NCBI GenBank assembly: GCA_049599475.1
Contig: JBMYOQ010000014.1
Location: 1 to 64,000 of the forward strand
DNA from: Opitutales bacterium
GTDB taxonomy: Bacteria > Verrucomicrobiota > Verrucomicrobiia > Opitutales > JABSRG01
Direction of reading: 5' to 3'
Length of the DNA stretch: 64,000 bases
The notes under the pieces are model-generated. The model did no database searches. It was given only the letters and a program-made list of their open reading frames with translations, and had not been told where the DNA came from. The translations under genes and the position numbers were made by a program. Shown here one piece after another: positions 15,865 through 25,081 of the stretch (position 1 is the stretch's first letter; each line of letters starts with the position of its first letter).

Positions 15865-18183
15865 ATGAATTTAAAGTTTTTGCCCTTATCGTGCCTAGAT
15901 GCAGTTAGTTACGTTTTGCGGAAACGAGTTGTTTTGTCGTTATGTTCGTTTCTGGCTTTCATTGGGCCTGTGGCTTTGGCGGAGATCCTCCCTCGCTTGA
16001 TCGAGTCGGATCTAACGCTTAGGGCTGATAGAGAATACTATTTGACCGAAATTCATTATGTCCTGCCGGGTGTGTCTCTGACTATTGAGCCCGGAGTTCG
16101 AATTTCGACTCCTGAAAATCAGCACGTGTGGGATCCCGCGGTCTTAGTGGTGACACGAGGGGCTCAGATATGGGCAGAAGGGACTTCTGATGAGCCGATC
16201 GTTTTTGATCAGATTTCGGGGATTGTCATTTTAGGGGATGCCTTCTCAAAGGAAAGTGATGCTGTCTATCCAGGTATAGATTACAGCGAGAACTCATTGA
16301 TACAGGACGATAAATATTGGGGAATTATGGAACAATATCCTACATTCCTAGACGATCCGTTCTTGCTTGAGTACGGGGGAGACAATCCAAGAGGTAATTC
16401 GGGTGTTCTGAAGTATGTTTCTATTAGAAACTCTCGTTATATGGGCCTATATTTTAACGATCTATGTGATTGTTGTAATACTTTTGGTTATTACCTTCCC
16501 TTGCTTTCCCTGATGGGAGTAGGGGCTGAAACGGTTGTTGATAACATCGAGATCTATAAGCCTGAAGAAGAAGCGATGCACGTTGTGGGAGGTAGTGTCG
16601 ATTTGACGCATATTTTCGTGAATAAGAGCAGCGGGGAAATAGGCAAACAGGTGTCACTGAGGTTGGAAGGAGGATACACTGGAAATTTACAATATGCCCT
16701 TGTCGCCCAGTCCGATCCAGATTGGTTAGCGAGTAGCACTTTGGAAACGGTCCCTCAGAATTTGAGCGCTATCACCATTGTGGGGCTAGATGAGGATAGT
16801 GAAAATCCGGACGGAAGGTCATTTTTATCAAATGTATCTATATATATGGATAATCGCCCTGATAACAGGAGTATACCCCTTATAGATACTAGTAGGAGCG
16901 ATTCAACTTTTGGAGGTATTTTAAATTCTTCATGCGTTGCTAATTCTGAGGTTTTTTTAAGTTTAAACCTCGATGATTTAATTGTCTTTGATCAAACCTA
17001 TGCCGGTTTGGTTTTATACAATTATGGTCGCAGTGAAGGGTTCTCATTTGAGAACCTGAGTATTGATGAATCGAAGCATAATGATCCTTCAGGGCTGCTG
17101 GATCTAATTTCTGCGGATGCCAGTCTAAATGTAGTAGAGGATCCTGGGGGCAGAATTAACTCGGGTCATTTTTCCTACCTTGCGAGTGGTCCGTTGCTTG
17201 ATAGGGATGCAGTGGCTATCGTACCGGTAGAATCGAAACTTGAACAGTCCGAGTTCGTGGGGGCATTTGGTCAAGAAAACTGGGCTGATTGGACTTATTC
17301 CTTTGAGACTGGAGATTGGTTGTGGACGGAAAATACCACGTTCTCCGTGGAGGAAGCTGCCGCTGATGCATTAGATACTGATCCCTCTAGAAATCTCTAT
17401 GGGAGGGGCTTTAGATTGGCCGACGGTGAAGAAAGTGATCGAGAGGATTTATTGACACTCAAGTCTCTGGATTTGGGTGAAACGGATCCTGCATATTTAT
17501 CTATATTTGTAGACGGACCAAGAGAGATAACTTTTGATTATTCCCTCGTCGGTAAAGGCCAGAGCATCGGCTCCTGCGTTACCATTAATAATTTGGATGA
17601 GGTTGGATTTTATTCCTGTTCAGATTTGAATTTTTATTACCTATTGACTGAGGAGGTGCCTCTTGTAGCGACGGATGAACCGTTGTGGAATACCTTCTCT
17701 TACCAAATTCCTGAAGGTGATTTTGAAATTAGAATTGAAGCAGAGTTATTGGACACTGGATCGCCGGAGACGACCACACTGCAGCTAGATAGGCTCATTA
17801 TTTCAGACATTGATAACGCAAGCCTCGTCGAAGATATGCTGGGATTCTATGAGCCGATCTCAAACATTGAAGCGAGTGGGCTTTTAGATTCAAATTGGGG
17901 TGTCGTGGATTGGCTTGGGGTTATAGAAATTTCTTCGTTTCCATGGATTTATCATACCGAATTACGTTGGCTATACGCAGAAGAAATCAAAGACGAAGAA
18001 ACTGAGGCAGAAAATCGGGCATGGTTATGGATCCCTTGCGAGGGCGGATGGTATCTATTTTCAGAAGCCGCCCAATCGTATTGCTGGTCTTCGGATCACC
18101 AAGAATGGCAATTCATTTTTTCCGACGAAACAGGGTCTTGGATATATAGCTACAAAGATGCTGAATGGAGATTGATTGAATGA
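15865..18183 (+). CDS. Secreted hypothetical protein: N-terminal beta-helix-like domain and Trp-rich C-terminal domain; AT-rich
   Basis: 772-aa ORF; signal-like segment; LTIEPGV, AEGTSDEPIVF and NSGVLKYVSIR motifs of a widespread uncharacterised beta-helix family; C-terminal DWLG...FPWIYHTELRWLY. Confidence 0.75.
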   Translation: MNLKFLPLSCLDAVSYVLRKRVVLSLCSFLAFIGPVALAEILPRLIESDLTLRADREYYLTEIHYVLPGVSLTIEPGVRISTPENQHVWDPAVLVVTRGAQIWAEGTSDEPIVFDQISGIVILGDAFSKESDAVYPGIDYSENSLIQDDKYWGIMEQYPTFLDDPFLLEYGGDNPRGNSGVLKYVSIRNSRYMGLYFNDLCDCCNTFGYYLPLLSLMGVGAETVVDNIEIYKPEEEAMHVVGGSVDLTHIFVNKSSGEIGKQVSLRLEGGYTGNLQYALVAQSDPDWLASSTLETVPQNLSAITIVGLDEDSENPDGRSFLSNVSIYMDNRPDNRSIPLIDTSRSDSTFGGILNSSCVANSEVFLSLNLDDLIVFDQTYAGLVLYNYGRSEGFSFENLSIDESKHNDPSGLLDLISADASLNVVEDPGGRINSGHFSYLASGPLLDRDAVAIVPVESKLEQSEFVGAFGQENWADWTYSFETGDWLWTENTTFSVEEAAADALDTDPSRNLYGRGFRLADGEESDREDLLTLKSLDLGETDPAYLSIFVDGPREITFDYSLVGKGQSIGSCVTINNLDEVGFYSCSDLNFYYLLTEEVPLVATDEPLWNTFSYQIPEGDFEIRIEAELLDTGSPETTTLQLDRLIISDIDNASLVEDMLGFYEPISNIEASGLLDSNWGVVDWLGVIEISSFPWIYHTELRWLYAEEIKDEETEAENRAWLWIPCEGGWYLFSEAAQSYCWSSDHQEWQFIFSDETGSWIYSYKDAEWRLIE

Positions 18184-18250
18184 GTCTAGCTATAGCAAAC
18201 ATTTGATAGATTAAGCTCCTTGTTGGTTACGGTTTTGCCCCGTATCGGGT

Positions 18251-18290
18251 ACCCGCCGCGAGAATGCTCTGACGGTGGGTATCCCGTGAG
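18251..18290 (+). repeat. Direct repeat copy 2 (duplicated ggt 3' end, att-like)
   Basis: ACCCGCCGCGAGAATGCTCTGACGGTGGGTATCCCGTGAG; one mismatch to 15708-15747. Confidence 0.9.
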
Positions 18291-18313
18291 CCTCTTGAGC
18301 CTTGAGGCACTGT

Positions 18314-18946
18314 TTACATTTGGCGTTTCAATGCTGCTCTGCGCTCATCTTTGATCTCGAGCCAGGTCATGAATTGTTGCTGAGTTAGAATATCCTCGAT
18401 GGATTCGTCCATCTCTGCGTTTAGAGACTTGAGTTCTTTGGCTATTTTGCGCTTCTTGAACATACTGGATTCTTTCAATTCTTGCGTGAGTTTCATGAGC
18501 TGGGGTTGATATACGGTCATGATAGCATCGAATGCGACGCCCTGATCTTCGTTTAGCTCGAGCCTTTCTTTTGTAATAGCAAGGGCTTCCTTGCGCTCGT
18601 CGGTACGTTTAGACTCTTTGTTGGCCTTGTAAGTAGCGTATTGCTCTTCGGTGAGGATATCTTTGATTTGTGCATCCGCGTCTTCAGAAATCTCTTTAAT
18701 TTGAGCCATTAACTTAATGCGTTCCGATTTGCTCTTAGCCATTTCGATTTCTTCGGAAAGTTGCTCAGCCTTTTCTGTAGCGTTTTGTTGCACCTTCTGG
18801 AGCTCGTTGGCTTGTTCATCTGTGAGCCCAACTTTAGATTGAATCTCCTCGATGGATACTTGAGGGACCTCTGGTTGTGCCGTGAGAGACGCGACTCCTA
18901 GCATAAGTAGGGCTAGGCCACGTTGGATGGATCTTCTGTTATTCAT
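18314..18946 (-). CDS. Periplasmic helical protein with LTxxQ-like motifs (Spy/CpxP-like)
   Basis: Signal peptide; LTDEQ, LTEEQY, LNEDQ and LTQQQF motifs; charged alpha-helical composition; starts 9 nt after the RND permease stop. Confidence 0.65.
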   Translation of the reverse strand: MNNRRSIQRGLALLMLGVASLTAQPEVPQVSIEEIQSKVGLTDEQANELQKVQQNATEKAEQLSEEIEMAKSKSERIKLMAQIKEISEDADAQIKDILTEEQYATYKANKESKRTDERKEALAITKERLELNEDQGVAFDAIMTVYQPQLMKLTQELKESSMFKKRKIAKELKSLNAEMDESIEDILTQQQFMTWLEIKDERRAALKRQM

Positions 18947-18955
18947 GGTGATAAT

Positions 18956-21900
18956 TTATTGATTATGATTAGAAATAGCTGTTGCGGATTGCTTTCCGAG
19001 GGCAAGGCAAGCAGGTACTAGAATAAGTATGACAAAGCTGGCGAAGAGTATTCCGAAAGCTACGCTAAGTGCCATAGGTATGAGAAAGCGGGCCTGGACA
19101 CTTGTTTCAGAAATCATGGGTAAAAGGCCGAGAAAGGTGGTCAATGTAGTGATGAATATGGGACGAAACCTGCGCTCAACAGCCGATAGTATATTCTCTA
19201 TCTTTGTGCCTTTTCCCTCTTTTTGAAGTTGATTGAAATAATCGATTAGGACAACGGAATCGTTTACCACCACGCCCGCCAAGGCCACCATTCCGAATAG
19301 TGAAAGGAAGGACAGATCGAAGCCGAGAGCGTAATGTCCTAGAATAGCTCCTACAGCTCCAAAGGGGATGGCAAATAAGATAATCAGCGGTTGGGTGTAG
19401 GAACGTAGCTGGCTCGAGAGGAGGGCATACATGATCATGATGCCTATCAAGAGATTCCCTGCGAGTACCCGTATGTCTTCGGCTTGATCTCGTGCTTGAC
19501 CATCTTGAACGAGGTAAAGCCCAGGGAATTTTGATTCGAGTTCCCCGAGGACGTTTGCCTCAAGGAAGGCGGTGACATCGTTGGGCGTCGTGATATTTTC
19601 GTCCACGTCAGCCGAAACGGTTATGATCCTGCGTCCATCGACTCGATTAATGGATGCCGGGCTTCGGGTTTCGCCGACTTCGGCGACGGTGCGAAGATTC
19701 GCAATCGTCCCATTGGGCAAGTTTATCTGCATGCTCGCTAGGTCTGCGAGGCTTCTCCTTCCGGCTTCGGGTAGGCGAACGAAGACGAGCACTTCGTTTC
19801 CATCTCTTTGAATGCGCTGCACCTCCTCACCGTAGAAGGCCTGGCGCACCTGTTTGGCGAGTTCACTCACAGTAAGTCCCGCGGAGATGCCTTCAGGTGT
19901 CAGGGAAAACTCCAGCTGTCTACTGCCGAGCTCACCGGTATTTTCAATTTCGACAACTCCATTAATCCCCTTGAGAGCGGCTTCGAGCTCGGCGACGGCG
20001 GCAACCAGATTTGTATCATTCGAATGGGACAAATTGAAGCTGAGGTCGTCGCCCCCGCTCAGTCCCTCGGAAGCAAACGTCAGACTGCGCACTCCGGCGA
20101 GTTCGCCGAGAGATTCGCGCCATAGGCTTTCAATTTCGGCGGCGGTCTGGGCGCGTTCCCCAGCGGGTGCAAGCTCTAAGGTGGCGGATGCAATTTCTGA
20201 ACTTACCTGGGTGCCTTCTGCGCCGAAACCCGATGTAAGCTCGCCGCCGATGGTTACGGAGAGACTTCGATAGAGTGGACTCTCTTGGCCGCCGATAGCC
20301 TGATAGCCGGCCGCGATAATTTTGTCCATTGTCCGCTCGGTTTGTTCGAAGGAGGTGCCCTTTGGCATTTCGAGGTTTACCTTAATTTCCTCGCCTTCAA
20401 CGACTGGGAAGAAGACGAAACGTAGGTGACCTCCTGATAGGAGCCCAAGGCTGGCGATAAAGAGGGAGATCCCGGCCGCTATGACTAGATAGGGCATGCG
20501 TACGCTGAATCGAGTCGCAGGTATTATGATGGTATCGCGAAAGCGATTGAGGGCGACCGTTACCCAGGCTTTGACTCGCTTCATAGGGCCGGTGGTCCAA
20601 TCCCCGCCATGGGACATATGCGATGGGAGAATGAAAAATACCTCGATGAGCGATATGATCAAAACTGCGATAGCCACCAAGGGCACAGGGCGTGTGATCT
20701 GCCCTAGCATTCCACTTGAAAATAATAAAGGGGCAAAGACCGCTATCGTTGTGAGCACTCCGACCGTTACTGGCGCGGCAACGCTAGTCGACCCCAGGAC
20801 AGCTGCCCGTAAGCCCTGTTCGCCGCGCTCCTGCCGTTCGTAGATGTTTTCACCGACGACGATGGCGTCGTCCACCACGAGGCCCAATACCATGATGAGG
20901 CCGAGGAGCATGGTCATGTTGATCGTGGTGAATTGACCAAACAGAATGAAGCCGCCTAGAAACGCTACTGGGATGCCTACGCAGGTCCAGAAGGCTAGGC
21001 GAAGATCGAGGGTCAGTGCCAGGAATACGAATACAAGGGCCAATCCCATAATCGCATTGCGCATGAGGAGGTTGATCCGGTCGCGTATGACTTCCGTTTG
21101 GTCTCCTACGAGGAATACGCTAATTCCGGCCACAGGTTGATAGGTCGCCAAAAATGCTTTTGCGGCATCAGCGACGGTGATCGAGTCTTCGTTGGAGCTG
21201 CGAGAGATTTGCAGGAAGACTGCTGGCTCGCCATTGTATGTATTGATCAACTGGGCATCTTCGAAACCGTCGCGTATGGTGGCGATATCTCCAAGCGAAA
21301 CGCTGCGACCCTCAGCATCGGTGAGAATTTCTATTTCTGCGAAATCTGCGGCATTTTTGACCTCTTGGTCCGTTCTCAGGAGGATGTTGCCAGCAGAAGT
21401 GCGCAGGGTGCCTCCAGACAGGTTTACTGAGGCGGAGCGGATGGTGTTACTGACCTGGTCAATGGATATCTCGTATTGGCGGAGTGTTGCCTGAGATACT
21501 TCGATGGATATCTCGTAGTTCCGCGCGCCCTGCAGGGTGACTGTGCTGATGTCGTCGAGCATCAGAAGGTCGCGTTCCAGGCTTTCCGCGGCCTTGCGCA
21601 AGGCCAGCTCGTCGACGGCTCCAGTAACCACCAAACGCGCAACATTGGACGCGACCGTGGTCACAGAAACCTCTGCTTCGCCCGCGTCTTCTGGAGGAAA
21701 ATCAACTAAGCCATCGATCGCAGATTGCACTTCGTCGGCGACCGTGCGCGCGTCTGCGAAGTCCGTCAGTTCGACCGTAACGGTCCCGAGCCCCTCAACG
21801 GCTTTCGAGCTTACGCGCTTGATACCCTCCAGGCCCAAGATGGCATCTTCTGCGCGTTGGGTGATGCTGGAGGCAATTTCTTCAGGGCTGGCCCCTCCGT

Positions 21901-22081
21901 ATTTAACGGACACAGTGATCGTGCGAGGATCGATCTCGGGAAAGAGATCTGAATTGGTGTTACTCATTGTGTGCCAGCCCCCCAATAACAGGCCGAACAT
22001 GAGGATATTCGCAGCAATAGAATTCTGGGCGAACCAGCCGATAATGCCCGCTCGCTCAATATTTGGACCCGGGCCACTCAT
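18956..22081 (-). CDS. RND efflux permease (AcrB family)
   Basis: 1041 aa; GLVVDDAIVVGENI, GVVVNDSVVL and RFRPIFITTLTT motifs. Confidence 0.95.
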   Translation of the reverse strand: MSGPGPNIERAGIIGWFAQNSIAANILMFGLLLGGWHTMSNTNSDLFPEIDPRTITVSVKYGGASPEEIASSITQRAEDAILGLEGIKRVSSKAVEGLGTVTVELTDFADARTVADEVQSAIDGLVDFPPEDAGEAEVSVTTVASNVARLVVTGAVDELALRKAAESLERDLLMLDDISTVTLQGARNYEISIEVSQATLRQYEISIDQVSNTIRSASVNLSGGTLRTSAGNILLRTDQEVKNAADFAEIEILTDAEGRSVSLGDIATIRDGFEDAQLINTYNGEPAVFLQISRSSNEDSITVADAAKAFLATYQPVAGISVFLVGDQTEVIRDRINLLMRNAIMGLALVFVFLALTLDLRLAFWTCVGIPVAFLGGFILFGQFTTINMTMLLGLIMVLGLVVDDAIVVGENIYERQERGEQGLRAAVLGSTSVAAPVTVGVLTTIAVFAPLLFSSGMLGQITRPVPLVAIAVLIISLIEVFFILPSHMSHGGDWTTGPMKRVKAWVTVALNRFRDTIIIPATRFSVRMPYLVIAAGISLFIASLGLLSGGHLRFVFFPVVEGEEIKVNLEMPKGTSFEQTERTMDKIIAAGYQAIGGQESPLYRSLSVTIGGELTSGFGAEGTQVSSEIASATLELAPAGERAQTAAEIESLWRESLGELAGVRSLTFASEGLSGGDDLSFNLSHSNDTNLVAAVAELEAALKGINGVVEIENTGELGSRQLEFSLTPEGISAGLTVSELAKQVRQAFYGEEVQRIQRDGNEVLVFVRLPEAGRRSLADLASMQINLPNGTIANLRTVAEVGETRSPASINRVDGRRIITVSADVDENITTPNDVTAFLEANVLGELESKFPGLYLVQDGQARDQAEDIRVLAGNLLIGIMIMYALLSSQLRSYTQPLIILFAIPFGAVGAILGHYALGFDLSFLSLFGMVALAGVVVNDSVVLIDYFNQLQKEGKGTKIENILSAVERRFRPIFITTLTTFLGLLPMISETSVQARFLIPMALSVAFGILFASFVILILVPACLALGKQSATAISNHNQ

Positions 22082-23229
22082 TGCGCGGCCTCCGAATTGA
22101 TAATCTTTACGGGGGTCGATTCTGTGGGGTCAATTAATGGAGATACGATGATGCCTTCTCCGAAATCGAAGGGCGCCGTGATCAATTCTCCCTCATCATG
22201 AAGGCCTAGAATTTCCAAGGCCTGCTTCTTCAGGCGCCCCTCTTTGACAAACCAGACGTAGCGCGCCTCCAACATCGCTAGCTCCGGAATAATCAAGGCG
22301 TCTTCCACGACGGGCCCGCTTATCTCAACGTTCACAAATGTACCAGGAATGACACCACTGGGGTCGTCAAAGGTTACGATGGCTCCCCCGAGCCGCGTAG
22401 TGCGGTCTAACTCAGCTTCTACGCGACTAAGGGTTCCTGAATATTCTCTCGTAAATCCTCGACTTCCTGCACGAATGACTGCTTCGCGCCCCGCTGCACC
22501 CTCCAAGGCCATGAGCATGTTCGCGTCGATAGAGACAGACACTTCTAGGCTATCCAGGGCATAGGCCTGACCATAGGTTTGGTTGGCACTAAGGCGTTGG
22601 CCGAGCTCGACTGTTGTTTCAATGATACGGCCCGAAAAAGGTAGGGTAAAAGCGACCCTTTCGAGATTGAGTCGCGCGGAACTGAGCCGAGCTTGTGCGG
22701 ATTCCAGAGAGGCTCTTGCTTGGGCGATTTGAGGTTTGCGTGCTACTAAATCGGGGACGGGTTGCCCAGGGTTTACGAGGTTCCACTCATCAACCGCGAT
22801 CTCTGCTTCAGCTCGTTCGACCTGGAGGTTCGCCTTCGCAGATGAAACATCGGCTCGGGCTTGCTGCACATCCGCCTGATAATCTGCGGGGTCGAGTTTG
22901 AACAGGACTTCACCAGCTTCAAACTCTCCGCCCGATACGAGATTCGGAGAAACCTCGATGACTTGCCCGCTCACTTGAGTCGTCAGTCCGACATTGTTAC
23001 GTGCCCGCACGACACCGCTCTCTTCGAGGCGAATGGGTGCGGCGAGTGACTCGGGCCGGATTACCTCGACGGCCAATTGATCGGGGCCCGTGGCACTCTG
23101 GCCGGGGCCTGAATGGGATCGGGTTAAAAGGAAATTTGCTGCGACGCCTCCCACCAAAACGACGATGATGAGGACTATTTGCAGGCTACCTTGTATGAGA
23201 GGAGATAATTTAAGTTTCACGTTTATCAC
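22078..23229 (-). CDS. RND membrane fusion (periplasmic adaptor) protein
   Basis: N-terminal TM anchor, QVSGQVIEVS lipoyl half-motif, coiled-coil hairpin, LPFSGRI; GTG start. Confidence 0.9.
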   Translation of the reverse strand: MINVKLKLSPLIQGSLQIVLIIVVLVGGVAANFLLTRSHSGPGQSATGPDQLAVEVIRPESLAAPIRLEESGVVRARNNVGLTTQVSGQVIEVSPNLVSGGEFEAGEVLFKLDPADYQADVQQARADVSSAKANLQVERAEAEIAVDEWNLVNPGQPVPDLVARKPQIAQARASLESAQARLSSARLNLERVAFTLPFSGRIIETTVELGQRLSANQTYGQAYALDSLEVSVSIDANMLMALEGAAGREAVIRAGSRGFTREYSGTLSRVEAELDRTTRLGGAIVTFDDPSGVIPGTFVNVEISGPVVEDALIIPELAMLEARYVWFVKEGRLKKQALEILGLHDEGELITAPFDFGEGIIVSPLIDPTESTPVKIINSEAAQ

Positions 23230-24698
23230 TATTTGGAGAGTGTCTCTGAGTCTTGAAGAGAGGATTTACCTGGGGCGAACCACGCGCCGCCGAGACTGAG
23301 ATGAAGGTTGATTCGGGCTTCGAGCAAAGCTTGCTCATTGAGTAAGATATTCAGTTGTGCATTCGAGAGCCCACGCTGAGTCTCGAGTACGGAGAGAATG
23401 CTTTGAAGCCCCTGCCGATAACGGTTTTGAGCGATGCGATTGGATTGCTCGGCGGCAGCCAATGCTTTCTTTAGCTGCGTAAGCTCTTCGAGTAATCCGG
23501 TCTGTTGAGCAAGCGCAGTTTCTACCTCGGAAAGCGCGTTTAAGGCTGTCCGTGCGTAGGCATTGGCGAGCTCCTCTGCCTCAGATTTCTCGATGCGTAA
23601 ATTCGAGCGCAGCCGCCCTCCCAGAAAAATAGGTTGTGTGAGAGATGCAACGATACTGCCTAAATATTCATCGAGATCAAAGAGGTCGGATAGGTCTGAA
23701 TTTTGGAAGCTCAAGGAGTTGGTGAGAGACAGCCCGGGTAAGAGATCTGCGCGTGCAGCACCGATATCTTGGAGAGCTGCATGGTAGCCCAATTCTGCAG
23801 CGGCAACATCGGGTCGTGCAGTCAGCAGAGTTGCGGGCAAGCCTATCGGCGCGAGCAAGTCGGTGTGGGGGATTAATTGGGCTCTGAAGCTCTTTGCTGT
23901 TTGCCCAGGTAAACGGCTGAGTTGCTGATCGATTATCAGGAGTTGAGTGGTTAACTGCGTCTCAATACTGGGTATCTCGGCGAGTGATGCCTCTAGATTC
24001 TGTTGCGCGATCAGAACATCCGAGGCCGAGGTATGGGAAGATCCCGCGGCGAAGCGCTCATCAGTCAATGTATAGGTCGTCTCGTAGCTTTGGGCTGTTT
24101 GAATGGCGAGGTCTAGGCGCTTTTGTAGTGTCGCTGCGGATACCCAGCTTTTCACAAACGCTGCGATCACGTTCTGTTCTGTGGCGATCAAATTCAGTTT
24201 TGCGGCCTCTGCAAAGAGTTTTGCCGATCGATGCTGGGCACGCAGGCCTCCGAACACATCGACATCCCAAGAGGTATTCACCCCCAGGCTATAGTTGGTT
24301 CCCCACGCGTATTCACCCTGAGGGCTGGGAGCTCGAGTCCTTGTTGCGCCCCCTTGAACTGTTGCCGTGGGTAGTCGCGCGCCTCCGGTTTGATGTGCGA
24401 ATTCCTCTGCTTGATTGACGCGCTCGCGGGCTTCTCTGAGATCGAAGTTGTTTTCCAGGAGATGTATGACAAGTCCATCGAGTTCGGCTCCTCCAATATT
24501 CTCCCACCAGCTAATTTGTTCAACCGGCGTCGAAGGGGCCTCCACCGGCTGAAATGCAAATGCCGGGCTATCCTCGATCATCGAAACCGTAGCAGGGCGT
24601 TTCTGCTGAGGGGATAAGCTGCACCCGGTGCTTAGTAGAGAAGCTAAGCAAAGGCCCGTTATTGGGAGAAGTAATCTGTTGAAGGATGTTGCAGTCAT
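23229..24698 (-). CDS. RND outer membrane factor lipoprotein (NodT/OprM family)
   Basis: Lipobox LSTGC, WWENIG, SWDVDVFG, RPDVAAAE, LHLSLGGAW. Confidence 0.92.
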   Translation of the reverse strand: MTATSFNRLLLPITGLCLASLLSTGCSLSPQQKRPATVSMIEDSPAFAFQPVEAPSTPVEQISWWENIGGAELDGLVIHLLENNFDLREARERVNQAEEFAHQTGGARLPTATVQGGATRTRAPSPQGEYAWGTNYSLGVNTSWDVDVFGGLRAQHRSAKLFAEAAKLNLIATEQNVIAAFVKSWVSAATLQKRLDLAIQTAQSYETTYTLTDERFAAGSSHTSASDVLIAQQNLEASLAEIPSIETQLTTQLLIIDQQLSRLPGQTAKSFRAQLIPHTDLLAPIGLPATLLTARPDVAAAELGYHAALQDIGAARADLLPGLSLTNSLSFQNSDLSDLFDLDEYLGSIVASLTQPIFLGGRLRSNLRIEKSEAEELANAYARTALNALSEVETALAQQTGLLEELTQLKKALAAAEQSNRIAQNRYRQGLQSILSVLETQRGLSNAQLNILLNEQALLEARINLHLSLGGAWFAPGKSSLQDSETLSK

Positions 24699-25081
24699 TT
24701 AAGTGGTCCAATGAGACGGCTACGCTGAGAAGTCTTTTGTGGTTACATTTTTGTTGCCCTGATTTGGAAAAAACTTACGGCAAAAATTCGATAGCGAATA
24801 AAATAACGGTTTACTGCATATTCTTAATTGCCTCACTTGAGGCATTGTCCGCTATATTAGTGATCTCGCAGTCGATTTTTGCTTAAAAATTTGAGAGTGG
24901 ATTCTCAATGATTTTCGAGTCGCATCGAAGCAGAATTAGTGGGTCTTTCGGCTCTGAGGGGGGTGACACTCGAAACTCCGGAAATTTTTTTTAGAGACAT
25001 CATTCCAGGGGCGTGCGTATCTTGTTGGGAATAGTCACACCCGGGTTTGAGCTGGGCTAAAGATCGCGTATTGGTAAAGTA

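Noticed and set aside
24900..25081. Riboswitch upstream of the NhaC-family gene
   Set aside because: No recognisable lysine, glycine, SAM or T-box consensus elements by eye; an Infernal search would be needed.
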